Part shown: in pieces, positions 55,686-64,000 of the stretch
Numbering within the stretch: position 1 is the stretch's first letter
How the letters are laid out: each line of letters starts with the position of its first letter
DNA from: an uncultured Candidatus Poseidoniales archaeon
GTDB taxonomy: Archaea; Thermoplasmatota; Poseidoniia; Poseidoniales; Poseidoniaceae
Length of the DNA: 64,000 nucleotides
Reading direction: 5' to 3'
NCBI GenBank assembly: GCA_902625885.1
Contig: CACODE010000004.1
Span: 40,751 to 104,750, forward strand
The notes under the pieces: generated by a model
The model's database searches: none
What the model saw: the letters and a program-made list of their open reading frames with translations, nothing else
Told to the model about the DNA's origin: nothing
Program-made: the position numbers and the translations under genes

Positions 55686-56276
55686 GTGAAGCCTCTTGAG
55701 GGAGCACGTGCTGCGGGACCCATGGGCGAGACCAAACGCGGACCTCTCGCCGACACACCGGCCCCGAAACGCCCTCCGATCGTTCCCGAGGACATCGTGG
55801 AGCGGGTGCTGAATTCGTTATCCGGGCACGTTGAAGCCATCTTTCTGCCCTGGATCGCTGACCGATTCACGGTCGAGTGGTTGGACGTAAACGACGACCG
55901 CTTGGGCATGACGCGTTTTGAGGAAGGCAGTGCTGAACTGGTTCGCCGACGCCGTCTACGCCTTGACCCGGGCGAGGTAACCATCGGTTTGCACCCTGCG
56001 CTCATCGAGGACAAGGTGCTCTACCGGCACACCTTTGCCCACGAATTTCTCCACGCAGCCGGGTTGATGTTCCACACCGAACTGCACGACGAGCTGACCA
56101 ACCGTTTGGCACCTCCACCTGCGATGAAGGACTCGCCGCTCCTGCAAAAAATGCGGGCTGCTGTGTTGGACGGCCTCAAGACGCAAACGTGGACCTGCAA
56201 ACACTGTGGCTACGCCTGGAAACGAACGACTGTCCGGCGGCCAACTCGCTGTTTGAAGTGCGCAAGGCCGTGGTGA
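55686..56276 (+). CDS. SprT-like zinc metalloprotease-fold protein with C-terminal zinc ribbon
   Basis: 'FAHEFLHAAG' (HExxH) and 'CKHCGYAWKRTTVRRPTRCLKC' (CxxC...CxxC). The start is uncertain (GTG at 55686 or an internal ATG). Confidence 0.5.
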   Translation: MKPLEGARAAGPMGETKRGPLADTPAPKRPPIVPEDIVERVLNSLSGHVEAIFLPWIADRFTVEWLDVNDDRLGMTRFEEGSAELVRRRRLRLDPGEVTIGLHPALIEDKVLYRHTFAHEFLHAAGLMFHTELHDELTNRLAPPPAMKDSPLLQKMRAAVLDGLKTQTWTCKHCGYAWKRTTVRRPTRCLKCARPW

Positions 56277-56319
56277 AGTCTGCACACCCTTCAAGTACGG
56301 TCGGCCCAGCCCGAAGGTT

Positions 56320-56396
56320 GGACGTATAGTGTAGTCTGGATATCACTTCGGCCTTCTAAGCCGAAAACCCGGGTTCGAATCCTGGTACGTCCGCCA
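56320..56396 (+). tRNA. tRNA-Arg (anticodon TCT), CCA encoded
   Basis: Acceptor GGACGTA/TACGTCC, anticodon stem TCGGC/GCCGA with loop CTTCTAA, T arm CCGGG-TTCGAAT-CCTGG, then G-CCA. Confidence 0.85.
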
Positions 56397-56400
56397 CAAC

Positions 56401-57822
56401 TCAAGCAGATTTGAGGCGTGAAGCGTCAACCCACTCGTCCCAATCGGCGCTGTAATTGTCGTACGTGATGCGGTACGATTCGCCGTTGACTTCCAAGATT
56501 TGACCGTCGTACCACTGGCCGTGCCACTCAATTTTCACCTGCTGCCCGACGCTGTACGGGTTGTTGACCGGTGGATTTCCCGAGTGATGCACCGACGGAA
56601 AAGGCTCCACGCCTTCGGTTTGGTCGTCGCTCATCCACCCCGTGCTTGGGGGGGTGTCGGACGATGATTTGACCCGGTAGTAGTCGCCCCGTTTTCTGTC
56701 CAAGCTGTTGCGATTGGCCAAATACCACCACTGGTCACCGTTGCCCATTTTCCACCTTAGGAGGAGGACATCACCGTTGATGTAGCTCGGAACGCCGTCA
56801 AACTCGGTGGAGGGAAGGTACGTGCCGTTGCATTTTGACGTGCCAGCGCCCTGTACCGTGTAGAAGTGGTTGTCTGCATCGTTGAACGGATGATCGCTGG
56901 GGGTTTCTTTCCAACCGGTTGGCCCGACGACGTACACGGTGTTTTGTGTTTCAACCCGAGCGGTGGCTCGTTCGTCGTAGGTGACGCCAAGAACGGCCGA
57001 TGAGTTGATTCGGCCCTCACCAAGTTTTGGATGATCGTAGGCGTAGCCGGACAGTCCGTGTCCGTCGATCACAGCGTCGTGGATGACCACTTCGGGCTTG
57101 CTCGGTTGACTGATGTCCTCTTGGTCTGAGGCCACCATGAATTTTGCAAGCGACCGGTAGTCAATTTCGGAATCTAATTCAATGCCAAGGTCGACAAATT
57201 CACGTAGCACGTCGTCAACAGGGAGGGGATTGTCGCCGATTTCGCTCAAAATTCGAAGGTACTCACGGGCGGAAATCGTCCCCGTGTTGTTGGTGTCAAA
57301 GACCCGGAACGCGTCGATGAGTTCCTGTTCCTCGTTCATGACGTTTTCAACGTAAGCCTGAACCTCTGCAGAATCTTCGTTCAGCGGTTCAATGCGAATC
57401 CACTCCACGTTGTCCTCAACATCGCCATCGTCAAAGTGGATCAAAAATGTGTGATCTTCATGTTCCGAGGCAATTCGACCCGGATAGTAATGGCCGTATC
57501 GTTTCCAATCCACGAGCACTCGGTCCCCGGCCTTGAACGGCGGACTCGCCGGCCGTATGGTCCCCGGGGCAGAGCCGATGACAACGGCGTGCTTCGTTTG
57601 CACGATGCCGTTCTGGTAAGGGACTTCGATTTTGTAGGTTCCATCATCGTTGATGCCCATGACCTTGCAGCGATCCAACCAGCGGGCGTTGGTCGGGCTG
57701 TGGTATTCAACGTGGTCGCCGACATTGAACGCAGCCGGTAGAGCAACCTCGGGCGTGGGTGGGGGGGGCTGCGGGTGTGGTTGGTGTCGGGTTGACCATC
57801 CCCATCTGCTGCAGTGCGGCAA
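56401..57822 (-). CDS. multidomain protein: Tudor/SH3-like barrels + EF-hand pair + beta-rich domain + C-terminal Tudor-like barrel (3' portion of a frame-split gene)
   Basis: Canonical EF loop 'DTNNTGTISAREY'. Barrel-like segments 'GDRVLVDWKRYGHYYPGRIA' and 'GQQVKIEWHGQWYDGQILEVNGESYRITYDNY'. Confidence 0.6.
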   Translation of the reverse strand: MPHCSRWGWSTRHQPHPQPPPPTPEVALPAAFNVGDHVEYHSPTNARWLDRCKVMGINDDGTYKIEVPYQNGIVQTKHAVVIGSAPGTIRPASPPFKAGDRVLVDWKRYGHYYPGRIASEHEDHTFLIHFDDGDVEDNVEWIRIEPLNEDSAEVQAYVENVMNEEQELIDAFRVFDTNNTGTISAREYLRILSEIGDNPLPVDDVLREFVDLGIELDSEIDYRSLAKFMVASDQEDISQPSKPEVVIHDAVIDGHGLSGYAYDHPKLGEGRINSSAVLGVTYDERATARVETQNTVYVVGPTGWKETPSDHPFNDADNHFYTVQGAGTSKCNGTYLPSTEFDGVPSYINGDVLLLRWKMGNGDQWWYLANRNSLDRKRGDYYRVKSSSDTPPSTGWMSDDQTEGVEPFPSVHHSGNPPVNNPYSVGQQVKIEWHGQWYDGQILEVNGESYRITYDNYSADWDEWVDASRLKSA

Positions 57823-58000
57823 TTACGGCCGTCGTCACGGCTGCGGGGTCGTTGTTGATGGTGGTGTTGTGGACCACGTCGCCTCCAATCACGGAGTCTT
57901 GCATGTTGAGTTGTTGTCCAGCTTGACCGGGCGGTGCGGGAATCCATTCGCTCCCAGACCACATCCATTTGCCGTCTGGGCTGAACACGGGGTCGGCCAT
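57707..58000 (-). CDS. 5' fragment of the same gene in a different frame ('MADPVFSPDGKWMWSGSEWIPAPP...')
   Basis: The ORF ends shortly after the C8 tract. Removing one C fuses it in frame with the 56401..57822 ORF ('...TPAAPPPTPEVALPAAF...'). Confidence 0.45.
   Translation of the reverse strand: MADPVFSPDGKWMWSGSEWIPAPPGQAGQQLNMQDSVIGGDVVHNTTINNDPAAVTTAVIAALQQMGMVNPTPTTPAAPPTHARGCSTGCVQCRRPR
57761..57768. repeat. G8/C8 homopolymer at the frame junction
   Basis: Read directly: 'gggtGGGGGGGGct' on the plus strand. Confidence 0.95.
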
Positions 58001-58119
58001 AAGCTAGCGAGGCGGCGCGGGCGTACCAATACTTCGGTAAGGCATTGTGCAACCGTTGGTGCAAAACCCAAGGGAATGTCAACAAGGGTACTATATGGGA
58101 GGGATAGAAACATTGGCTC

Positions 58120-58647
58120 ATGGACGTCAGCACCTCAACACTGGCCGCCGCCGTTCAGGGCGTTCGTGCCTTGATTTCGGCTTACGATGGCTACGAGAAA
58201 GGTCGTTTCATGAAATCGGACGAGGCGGTTCGAGCCGAAATTCAGCGTCGTTGCGAAATGCTGAGCCGCCACGCAGAAAAATTGCAAGGTGACATGCATG
58301 CAGCGGGTAATCGAGCAGGACGAACGAGTCTGGAGAACATGATCGAATCCATCAACATCCTGCGCAATGAAGCCCAATTCTCCATCACCAGCAATCACGT
58401 TTCTCAACACACGGGCATTGGTAAACTGAAGGCCAAAGCCGTTCGCAAACTCGTGGAGCACGACGGCGAGGTTTTGCAGGCGCTCGTGGACACCACCCGC
58501 ATGGCCAACGAACTGGCCGATGAAATGAGCGACTTGGAGGACGATGCCGTCAATGCAAAGATCGCTGACTGGCATCAAAAATTGACGAGAACTCGAAACA
58601 TGTACCTGGAGAGGAACATGTACATCGATGGACTGACCAAGAGGTGA
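58120..58647 (+). CDS. helical/coiled-coil hypothetical protein
   Basis: 175-aa ORF whose stop overlaps the next gene's start (ATGA-type, 4 nt). Confidence 0.5.
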   Translation: MDVSTSTLAAAVQGVRALISAYDGYEKGRFMKSDEAVRAEIQRRCEMLSRHAEKLQGDMHAAGNRAGRTSLENMIESINILRNEAQFSITSNHVSQHTGIGKLKAKAVRKLVEHDGEVLQALVDTTRMANELADEMSDLEDDAVNAKIADWHQKLTRTRNMYLERNMYIDGLTKR

Positions 58648-59867
58648 AGACAATGCATTTCAGATGGAGAACCAACCCAACCGTGATCGCCCACTACATG
58701 AACGACGCCGACGTGCCCCGCCAGGCAGAGGTGACCCTCAAACCGAACGAGGTCTGCGTGGTTTTGGAAAACGGGAAGATTGTCGGTTCTGTTTCACAAA
58801 CCCACATGGAGGTCAGCCCACAGGTCGGCCTGTTCGGAAAGTTGTTCGGCAAAAGTAACCCCATCCGTTCCTTCATGTTCGCCTTTACCGGTCCACACGC
58901 CGTCCTCGTTCAAGTCCGAGGAACTGCCGAAAACGGCGACGAAATCAATTGCCTCATCACCCTAAAACTGGAAGTCACCCGGGAAACCGCCCCTCGCCTC
59001 ATATCCTTTCCCGCCAAGGGAACGATGACCGTTCAGGCCAAAGACATCGCTGATTTGCTCGCCTCTGCCACCAACTCGGCGGCGCTGCAGCACCTCCGTG
59101 GCATGGATGCGGCGGGGATGCGCACGGTTCAAGCCAACGAGGACGTCATGTACGCCATAAAGACGGGTCTGCGCTCAACATTGGACGAGCACGGTTTGGC
59201 TTTCCGAGGTGGGTTCATCACGTGGAGCAGCACCGCTGCCGAACAACAGGTTCAGCATCAGCACGACTTGGAACGCCTGCAGCTCTCCAAGGACATCGAA
59301 TCCGACAAACAAGCCGTGGAATTGGACCACCTGATCAAATCCGAACAACGCAAGCACGAGGTGAACGCTCGGATGGCGCTCGTCGGTGTGCAGGCCAAGG
59401 AAGCGGCTGAACTCAAGTTGGAACTTGAACGCCTCAGGGGCGAGGGTGAATTCAACCTGCAGCAGTGGCGACAACAGCAAGACCTTCACGACAAGCAAAT
59501 GGACGCTGCTCGAGGTGAGGCCCTCAAGACCGCACAGGCCGACGTGGAACTGGCCAAGCTTGAGGCCGAGCGGCAGAAGGCATTGGCTTCTGTTGCACAA
59601 GAGGCAGAGCAGAGCAAAATGAACAGAGCGATGGAAATGTTTGAGCAGGTTCAGGCCCGCAAACGAGACCGAATGCAACTCCAGAACGAGCAGGAACAAC
59701 AGCGTTTGGAGCAGCACGCTAAGGGTTCGCAATCCACCATCGCCGTCCTTGAAGAGATCGCCGCCTCCTCCGACGACCCCGCTGTAAAGTTGGAAGCGCT
59801 CAAGCAATTGGCCGAACTTCGCAAGACCGATGTGGCCGGCCAGAAAGACGCTTACAAGGACGATTAA
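58644..59867 (+). CDS. SPFH/band-7-like domain protein with long E/Q/K-rich coiled-coil C-terminus
   Basis: The N-terminal ~200 aa ('VVLENGKIVGSVSQTHMEV...','LITLKLEVTRE') resemble an SPFH (YdjI-like) fold. The C-terminal ~190 aa have charged heptad-like sequence. Confidence 0.45.
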   Translation: MKTMHFRWRTNPTVIAHYMNDADVPRQAEVTLKPNEVCVVLENGKIVGSVSQTHMEVSPQVGLFGKLFGKSNPIRSFMFAFTGPHAVLVQVRGTAENGDEINCLITLKLEVTRETAPRLISFPAKGTMTVQAKDIADLLASATNSAALQHLRGMDAAGMRTVQANEDVMYAIKTGLRSTLDEHGLAFRGGFITWSSTAAEQQVQHQHDLERLQLSKDIESDKQAVELDHLIKSEQRKHEVNARMALVGVQAKEAAELKLELERLRGEGEFNLQQWRQQQDLHDKQMDAARGEALKTAQADVELAKLEAERQKALASVAQEAEQSKMNRAMEMFEQVQARKRDRMQLQNEQEQQRLEQHAKGSQSTIAVLEEIAASSDDPAVKLEALKQLAELRKTDVAGQKDAYKDD

Positions 59868-60018
59868 TCACGATGCTGAACCAGATTATCACGAATCAAC
59901 TGCGCAGTGGTTCAACTCCCTAAGGTCGCGCCTTTCTCGGTGCACGCGTGGGCTTTGTTGATTTGGTTCTGAGATTCTTGAGCACAAACTTCATCTCAAT
60001 TCGGGATGTGTAGCCATT

Positions 60019-61323
60019 GTGGACGAGGAGAACCTGCTGTTTATTGGTGCCATCCTCAGCATCGCTCTGGGAGGTCTTTCTCTTCGGCTCGTACGCAAAA
60101 ACGTCAACCTTCCATGGAACGAAGCCATGGCCGCCCACATCCTTTGCCTCATGTTCATCACCAAAGGCATCCAGAACGCTGCGTTTGGCTACGTTAATTC
60201 CGAGTCAACCGGGGACATTTGGCAGTTCTGGGCCCAGATTGCTGTCTCAATGGACTACATTTTCGAATCAAGCATCATCGCCATCGCCTTGCTTTATCCA
60301 GTTCCGATGTTGAGAAACATGAAACAGGTGAAAGTTGGTTTGGGTCTTGTCGTCGGTCTTGCTTTGTTCAGGCTTGTTCTCGATGTCGTCGGATTGAACT
60401 TCTCCGTCTTCGGACTCGCTGGCGTGTTTGTTTTCGTTGTCGTCTTGGTTTGGGGTACCGTCTACATCAAGTTTCGATTGATGCCCGCAGAAAAGTCCAA
60501 TCCTTCAACACAAAACATAGCCCTCGTCGCCGGCTTGTTCACGACCCTCGTTCTCGGGCACGTGTGGATGTGGTGGCCGGGCTTTATTCTGCAATCTGAA
60601 TACTTCTACTTCCTTGACCCCTTTGGTGTGTTCAGTTCCACCGTTGCGAATTACATTTGGGTTGCTGGATACGCCGTTGGCATCGCTGCAGGCCTCACCA
60701 TTCTCATCGTGGAAATCCATCAAGCCATCAAAGGCAACATGAACACGCTCCTGTACATCATTTCGCCTTATTTTGTGTTGGGCATCATTGGATTTTTGAT
60801 CTATTCGCAAGGAGGCGCTTCCGGATTTGGGGTCCGGTCTGGGTCAGAGGGGGCCGTTCAATTGTGGGCCACGTTCACGACGAGCATGCATTTTACCATC
60901 ATTCGGCCGTTGATTGCGATGTACATTTTGCTCAGGTTTAGCCTCATTGAAATCAACGACGAAACGAAGCCGTTGGCGAAAACGATGTCCATCGTGTTGA
61001 TTGTCGTCGCAACCTCCGCCATTCTTGAGTTGATTCAATCGATCATTCCCATCAATCAAATGATCAGTGCTGCACTTCTTGGAATCATCATCGCTCTGGG
61101 ATTGGGTTGGGAAGAAAAATCGTTTCAAACCCTTGTTGCGAACCCTGGGCAACTGCGAGAAAACATCGACAAAAGATGGTTCCCGGAACTCGATATCCCT
61201 CGTGGAAACATCGGGCGGATAGAAATCGCCTGTTTGATTTACAGCCTCGTAAGCCTGCTCATTGCCTACTATGTTTGGGAATTCGACGTGATATTGGAAC
61301 TCCAAATGCAGCGAGGTGGCTGA
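60019..61323 (+). CDS. polytopic membrane protein, unknown function
   Basis: 434 aa with about 11 hydrophobic helices. Confidence 0.55.
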   Translation: MDEENLLFIGAILSIALGGLSLRLVRKNVNLPWNEAMAAHILCLMFITKGIQNAAFGYVNSESTGDIWQFWAQIAVSMDYIFESSIIAIALLYPVPMLRNMKQVKVGLGLVVGLALFRLVLDVVGLNFSVFGLAGVFVFVVVLVWGTVYIKFRLMPAEKSNPSTQNIALVAGLFTTLVLGHVWMWWPGFILQSEYFYFLDPFGVFSSTVANYIWVAGYAVGIAAGLTILIVEIHQAIKGNMNTLLYIISPYFVLGIIGFLIYSQGGASGFGVRSGSEGAVQLWATFTTSMHFTIIRPLIAMYILLRFSLIEINDETKPLAKTMSIVLIVVATSAILELIQSIIPINQMISAALLGIIIALGLGWEEKSFQTLVANPGQLRENIDKRWFPELDIPRGNIGRIEIACLIYSLVSLLIAYYVWEFDVILELQMQRGG

Positions 61324-62020
61324 CTTGACCGACAGCGAGAACGTGTTGTCTGATCTGTTCTCAGGCGATGGTTCACGGCGAAACGTCTCCGTTTATTTGG
61401 CGGTGTTGGCCGTCGCACTGCTCTACCACGCAAGCGTTTATTGGTTTATTTTGGGCAGTGAAATTCAAGCGAAAGACGAACAAATCAACTACATCGTTGA
61501 ATTTGAGGAGTCCTCAGAACTCTTTTCCGATTCAAGAACGATTAACGATGGTGAAAAAGAAACGCTGGAGTTTACGGCATCAGCCGACCTTTTCGACTCC
61601 ATGAGTGGCTTTGGTCTCTTGACGATCACCGTCTCCTACGCAGAAACATCAGGTGAGTTCGCTGACCCTTGCGATACAGTTTCTGCCGACCTTGCCTTGA
61701 CCGACGTCTCGGCCGATTGGAACAACGCCAACAACGTGTTGAGTGGGGTCTCCTCGGATTGCGAAACCATCGTCCTCACCCTCCATGTTTATCCCGAGTA
61801 TGACGGCCAAACAAAGGAAGTTACAGGAATGGATGCGTCTTACTGGAGCGATGCATGGTCCGATAGTTCGTACGGGCAAGGCACCTTTGAACTGGATGTC
61901 GAAGTGCTTGTTAATGAACCTCCCACCTCGGGAATTCCTACCGTTTCCGACACGAACGAAGAGGTGGACGTGACGTGGGAAGCCGTGTTCTACGATGTAT
62001 CGGTTCGAGAATCCTCCTAA
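61316..62020 (+). CDS. membrane-anchored acidic extracellular protein
   Basis: One N-terminal TM ('VYLAVLAVALLYHASVYWFIL') and an acidic beta-rich body. The start overlaps the upstream stop by 8 nt. Confidence 0.5.
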   Translation: MADLTDSENVLSDLFSGDGSRRNVSVYLAVLAVALLYHASVYWFILGSEIQAKDEQINYIVEFEESSELFSDSRTINDGEKETLEFTASADLFDSMSGFGLLTITVSYAETSGEFADPCDTVSADLALTDVSADWNNANNVLSGVSSDCETIVLTLHVYPEYDGQTKEVTGMDASYWSDAWSDSSYGQGTFELDVEVLVNEPPTSGIPTVSDTNEEVDVTWEAVFYDVSVRESS

Positions 62021-62058
62021 GTGGAGCATTTTTCAAGGAGACGATTGAGGTGACCACC

Positions 62059-63006
62059 ATGAGCCCTTCAAGGCAACAAGGGAAAGCCCTGTTCCTGCTT
62101 CTGATGATGCTCTGCCAGGTTACGGGTTGTATTTTTCCGGAAAAGACCGTTGCTGAACCCGAAGGGCCTGACCAAGAATCACCGTCCTCCGAACCCAGTA
62201 CCCTTTCCACGCAATGCATGGAGTTTAGCGGCGTTGAGCGCTGTTGGACGCTCTTGGTCCCCGGTAATGTCTCCACCGAGCAACCCGTGCCTCTGGTCCT
62301 TGACCTCCACGGGCACGGGGCCACCAGTGCGTCGCAAGTGAACATGTCTTCCTTTGCCACGTTGGCGGTTCAAGAACACTTTATCGTGGCTTATCCTCAG
62401 GGTTATGATTCGTTCTGGGGCTTGGGTTTTGATGGCGTTGACAACGACCTCAACGATGTTGGTTTTCTCACGGCATTGATCGATTCGGTCATCGAGGATT
62501 ACCCCATTGATGAGGCAAGGATCTACATGTCAGGCTGGTCCAATGGATGCAAAATGACGCAGCGTTTTGCCGTCGAAACACAAGGCGTGTTGGCTTCTGC
62601 TGGCTGCATGTCTGGGTACTTGATGACAGACGCCCCGGCCTCGTACGTCGCTCCGGTTCCGTTTATGGAGGTTCATGGCGTGTTGGATACGACGGTAAGC
62701 TATGCTGACAACACGGCGATGACCGTTTATTGGTTCCAGAACACCGTGGGATTCAACAAAGGGGCCATGCAAAACCTCGAGTATTGGGCAGACCTCAATG
62801 GCTGTAGCGGTGTGGTCCCCGAGGTGATCACGGTGAACGCAGACTACGACATCCGCGGGTATTCGGATTGCACGGCAAACGCTGAGGTGCGGTTGATGAG
62901 CCTGTTTTCTTCCGGCCACAACCCGTACCTGTCTGGCAATCCCACCGGCACTCAGTCCACCGCCATTCTTTGGGAATTTATGTCCCAGTACACCCTAATG
63001 CAGTGA
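62059..63006 (+). CDS. PHB-depolymerase/feruloyl-esterase-family secreted alpha/beta hydrolase (lipobox-like signal)
   Basis: 'ALFLLLMMLCQVTGC' is lipobox-like. Also 'PLVLDLHGHGAT' and the nucleophile elbow 'SGWSNGC' (GxSxG). A GAGGTGA Shine-Dalgarno-like element lies before the ATG at 62059. Confidence 0.65.
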   Translation: MSPSRQQGKALFLLLMMLCQVTGCIFPEKTVAEPEGPDQESPSSEPSTLSTQCMEFSGVERCWTLLVPGNVSTEQPVPLVLDLHGHGATSASQVNMSSFATLAVQEHFIVAYPQGYDSFWGLGFDGVDNDLNDVGFLTALIDSVIEDYPIDEARIYMSGWSNGCKMTQRFAVETQGVLASAGCMSGYLMTDAPASYVAPVPFMEVHGVLDTTVSYADNTAMTVYWFQNTVGFNKGAMQNLEYWADLNGCSGVVPEVITVNADYDIRGYSDCTANAEVRLMSLFSSGHNPYLSGNPTGTQSTAILWEFMSQYTLMQ

Positions 63007-63056
63007 TCATGGTGACACTCAGAGCGAGGCGAATTGGACAGGTGGTAGCGCCGGGT

Positions 63057-64000
63057 TCACGGCTCTCCGGTGTACTTGGAGATCCACTGGTCCTCTCGAC
63101 GGCTTGGTAGCCCTCTCGGTGCCTTCTTTCGTGGCCCTCCTCTCGTGAGGAGGAACGCCACGATGATGCTCAGCAACACGCAAACGCCGATCAAGATGTT
63201 GTTGCTTTTAGAATCGGTTTCTCCGGTCGAGACGTTGTCGTTTTGTACGGCTTCTTCCGTTTTGATGATGACTTCAGGTTGAATCAGGCATGAGGTGCAA
63301 AAGAGGACATCAAACGAGACGATGTTGCCCGAATTGTCGGTGACAACAAAGGCGATGGAAAAGTTGGCTGCATCCTCTGCAAGCACCACGTCGATGCTGG
63401 GGTTGGCGCCGTTCGGGTTCAGGGCCGTCGGCGTGGTCTCGGTGGACAACGTGTACATGACCGATTTGATGTCGTCTCCAGTGGTCAATTGGAGCGAATA
63501 CGCGCCAACTTCCAGGTTGGAGAACATCGCTTCTTCTCCTCCACTGAACCACCGGCTGGTCTCCAGAGCGTCGGCAGCGTCAAAGAGTTTCATCTGAACT
63601 TGGGGCGGTTGACGGTCTTCTCGAACGGTTGAACTTAGCGTCCAGTCCTCAAAGGACACGGTGTTCCCAAACGAATCCTCGCCCCCAATCGCATAGACTG
63701 CATTGACGATTTCTCCAGCCTGGGCCACGGTGTCAACAAACACGTTGTGAACCGAATCCCCGGTGTTTTCCATCGTGCCCACCTCAACCCAGAAGCCTTC
63801 TTCGCTCAGGTCGCTGTTGAGGTTTCGATAAAGTGTCCAGACCGTACCGGTTTCATCGGCGCTTCCCGACCAACTGAGTTGGGTTCTGCCGTCGGGGAGG
63901 TAAACGGCATCAAGCGTGGTTGGCACCACCGGGGCGGCCGTGTCCTCGCTCAGCGGCTGGAACAGGGAATTAAGCGCCAGGCTGATGTTTGTTTGAGCGT
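63057..64000 (-). CDS. C-terminal part of a large surface protein (Ig/FN3-like repeats, C-terminal TM + basic tail); 5'-partial at the window edge
   Basis: The frame stays open from 63929 to 64000 (hand-translated ...AQTNISLALNSLFQPLSEDTAAPV-). There is no signal peptide at the tracked start. C-terminal TM 'ILIGVCVLLSIIVAFLL'. Confidence 0.55.
   Translation of the reverse strand, partial: AQTNISLALNSLFQPLSEDTAAPVVPTTLDAVYLPDGRTQLSWSGSADETGTVWTLYRNLNSDLSEEGFWVEVGTMENTGDSVHNVFVDTVAQAGEIVNAVYAIGGEDSFGNTVSFEDWTLSSTVREDRQPPQVQMKLFDAADALETSRWFSGGEEAMFSNLEVGAYSLQLTTGDDIKSVMYTLSTETTPTALNPNGANPSIDVVLAEDAANFSIAFVVTDNSGNIVSFDVLFCTSCLIQPEVIIKTEEAVQNDNVSTGETDSKSNNILIGVCVLLSIIVAFLLTRGGPRKKAPRGLPSRREDQWISKYTGEP

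Noticed and set aside
56401-56531. ORF 56343..56531 (-) overlapping the tRNA-Arg
   Set aside because: It is a 62-aa ORF antisense to a well-folding tRNA and to the 3' end of the neighbouring gene, so it is spurious.

Overview
This 64 kb window looks archaeal. It encodes eukaryote/archaea-type ribosomal proteins L44e, S27e and L37e, plus aIF2-alpha, Nop10, a PAC2 proteasome chaperone and a PriS-like primase. GC content (mid/upper 50s %) and gene content (ETF, acyl-CoA dehydrogenase, succinyl-CoA synthetase, photolyase, many secreted or membrane proteins) fit a marine heterotrophic Thermoplasmatota-like (MGII/III-like) genome; that placement is inference only. Most of the window is densely packed housekeeping and metabolic genes, with three tRNAs (Ser-CGA, Ala-GGC, Arg-TCT). 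No rRNA, CRISPR array, transposase or integrase was seen. Four regions stand out. (1) A clearly lower-GC island of about 5.8 kb (37.1-42.9 kb) sits between msrA and a photolyase gene. It carries a translationally coupled operon: a 390-aa unknown protein and a roughly 1336-aa TPR + NACHT-type STAND NTPase, preceded by a possible 42-codon upstream ORF. This is my best candidate for an undescribed (defence or signalling) system. (2) A six-gene, overlap-coupled operon (47.8-54.5 kb) encodes an ATP-grasp enzyme, KAS III, a half-KAS, a polytopic membrane protein, an SDR and a PaaK/F390-like adenylating enzyme, flanked by FemAB/GNAT-like and JmjC-like genes. It looks like an uncharacterised acyl/lipid or small-molecule biosynthetic cluster. 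(3) A double zinc-ribbon protein with about 17 'GGPPGPKK' repeats is coupled to a 929-aa SF2 helicase, next to an 8-Cys membrane protein and the PriS-like gene. (4) A G8/C8 homopolymer splits an EF-hand/Tudor-like gene into two frames. All functional calls come from motif recognition by eye; no searches were run.
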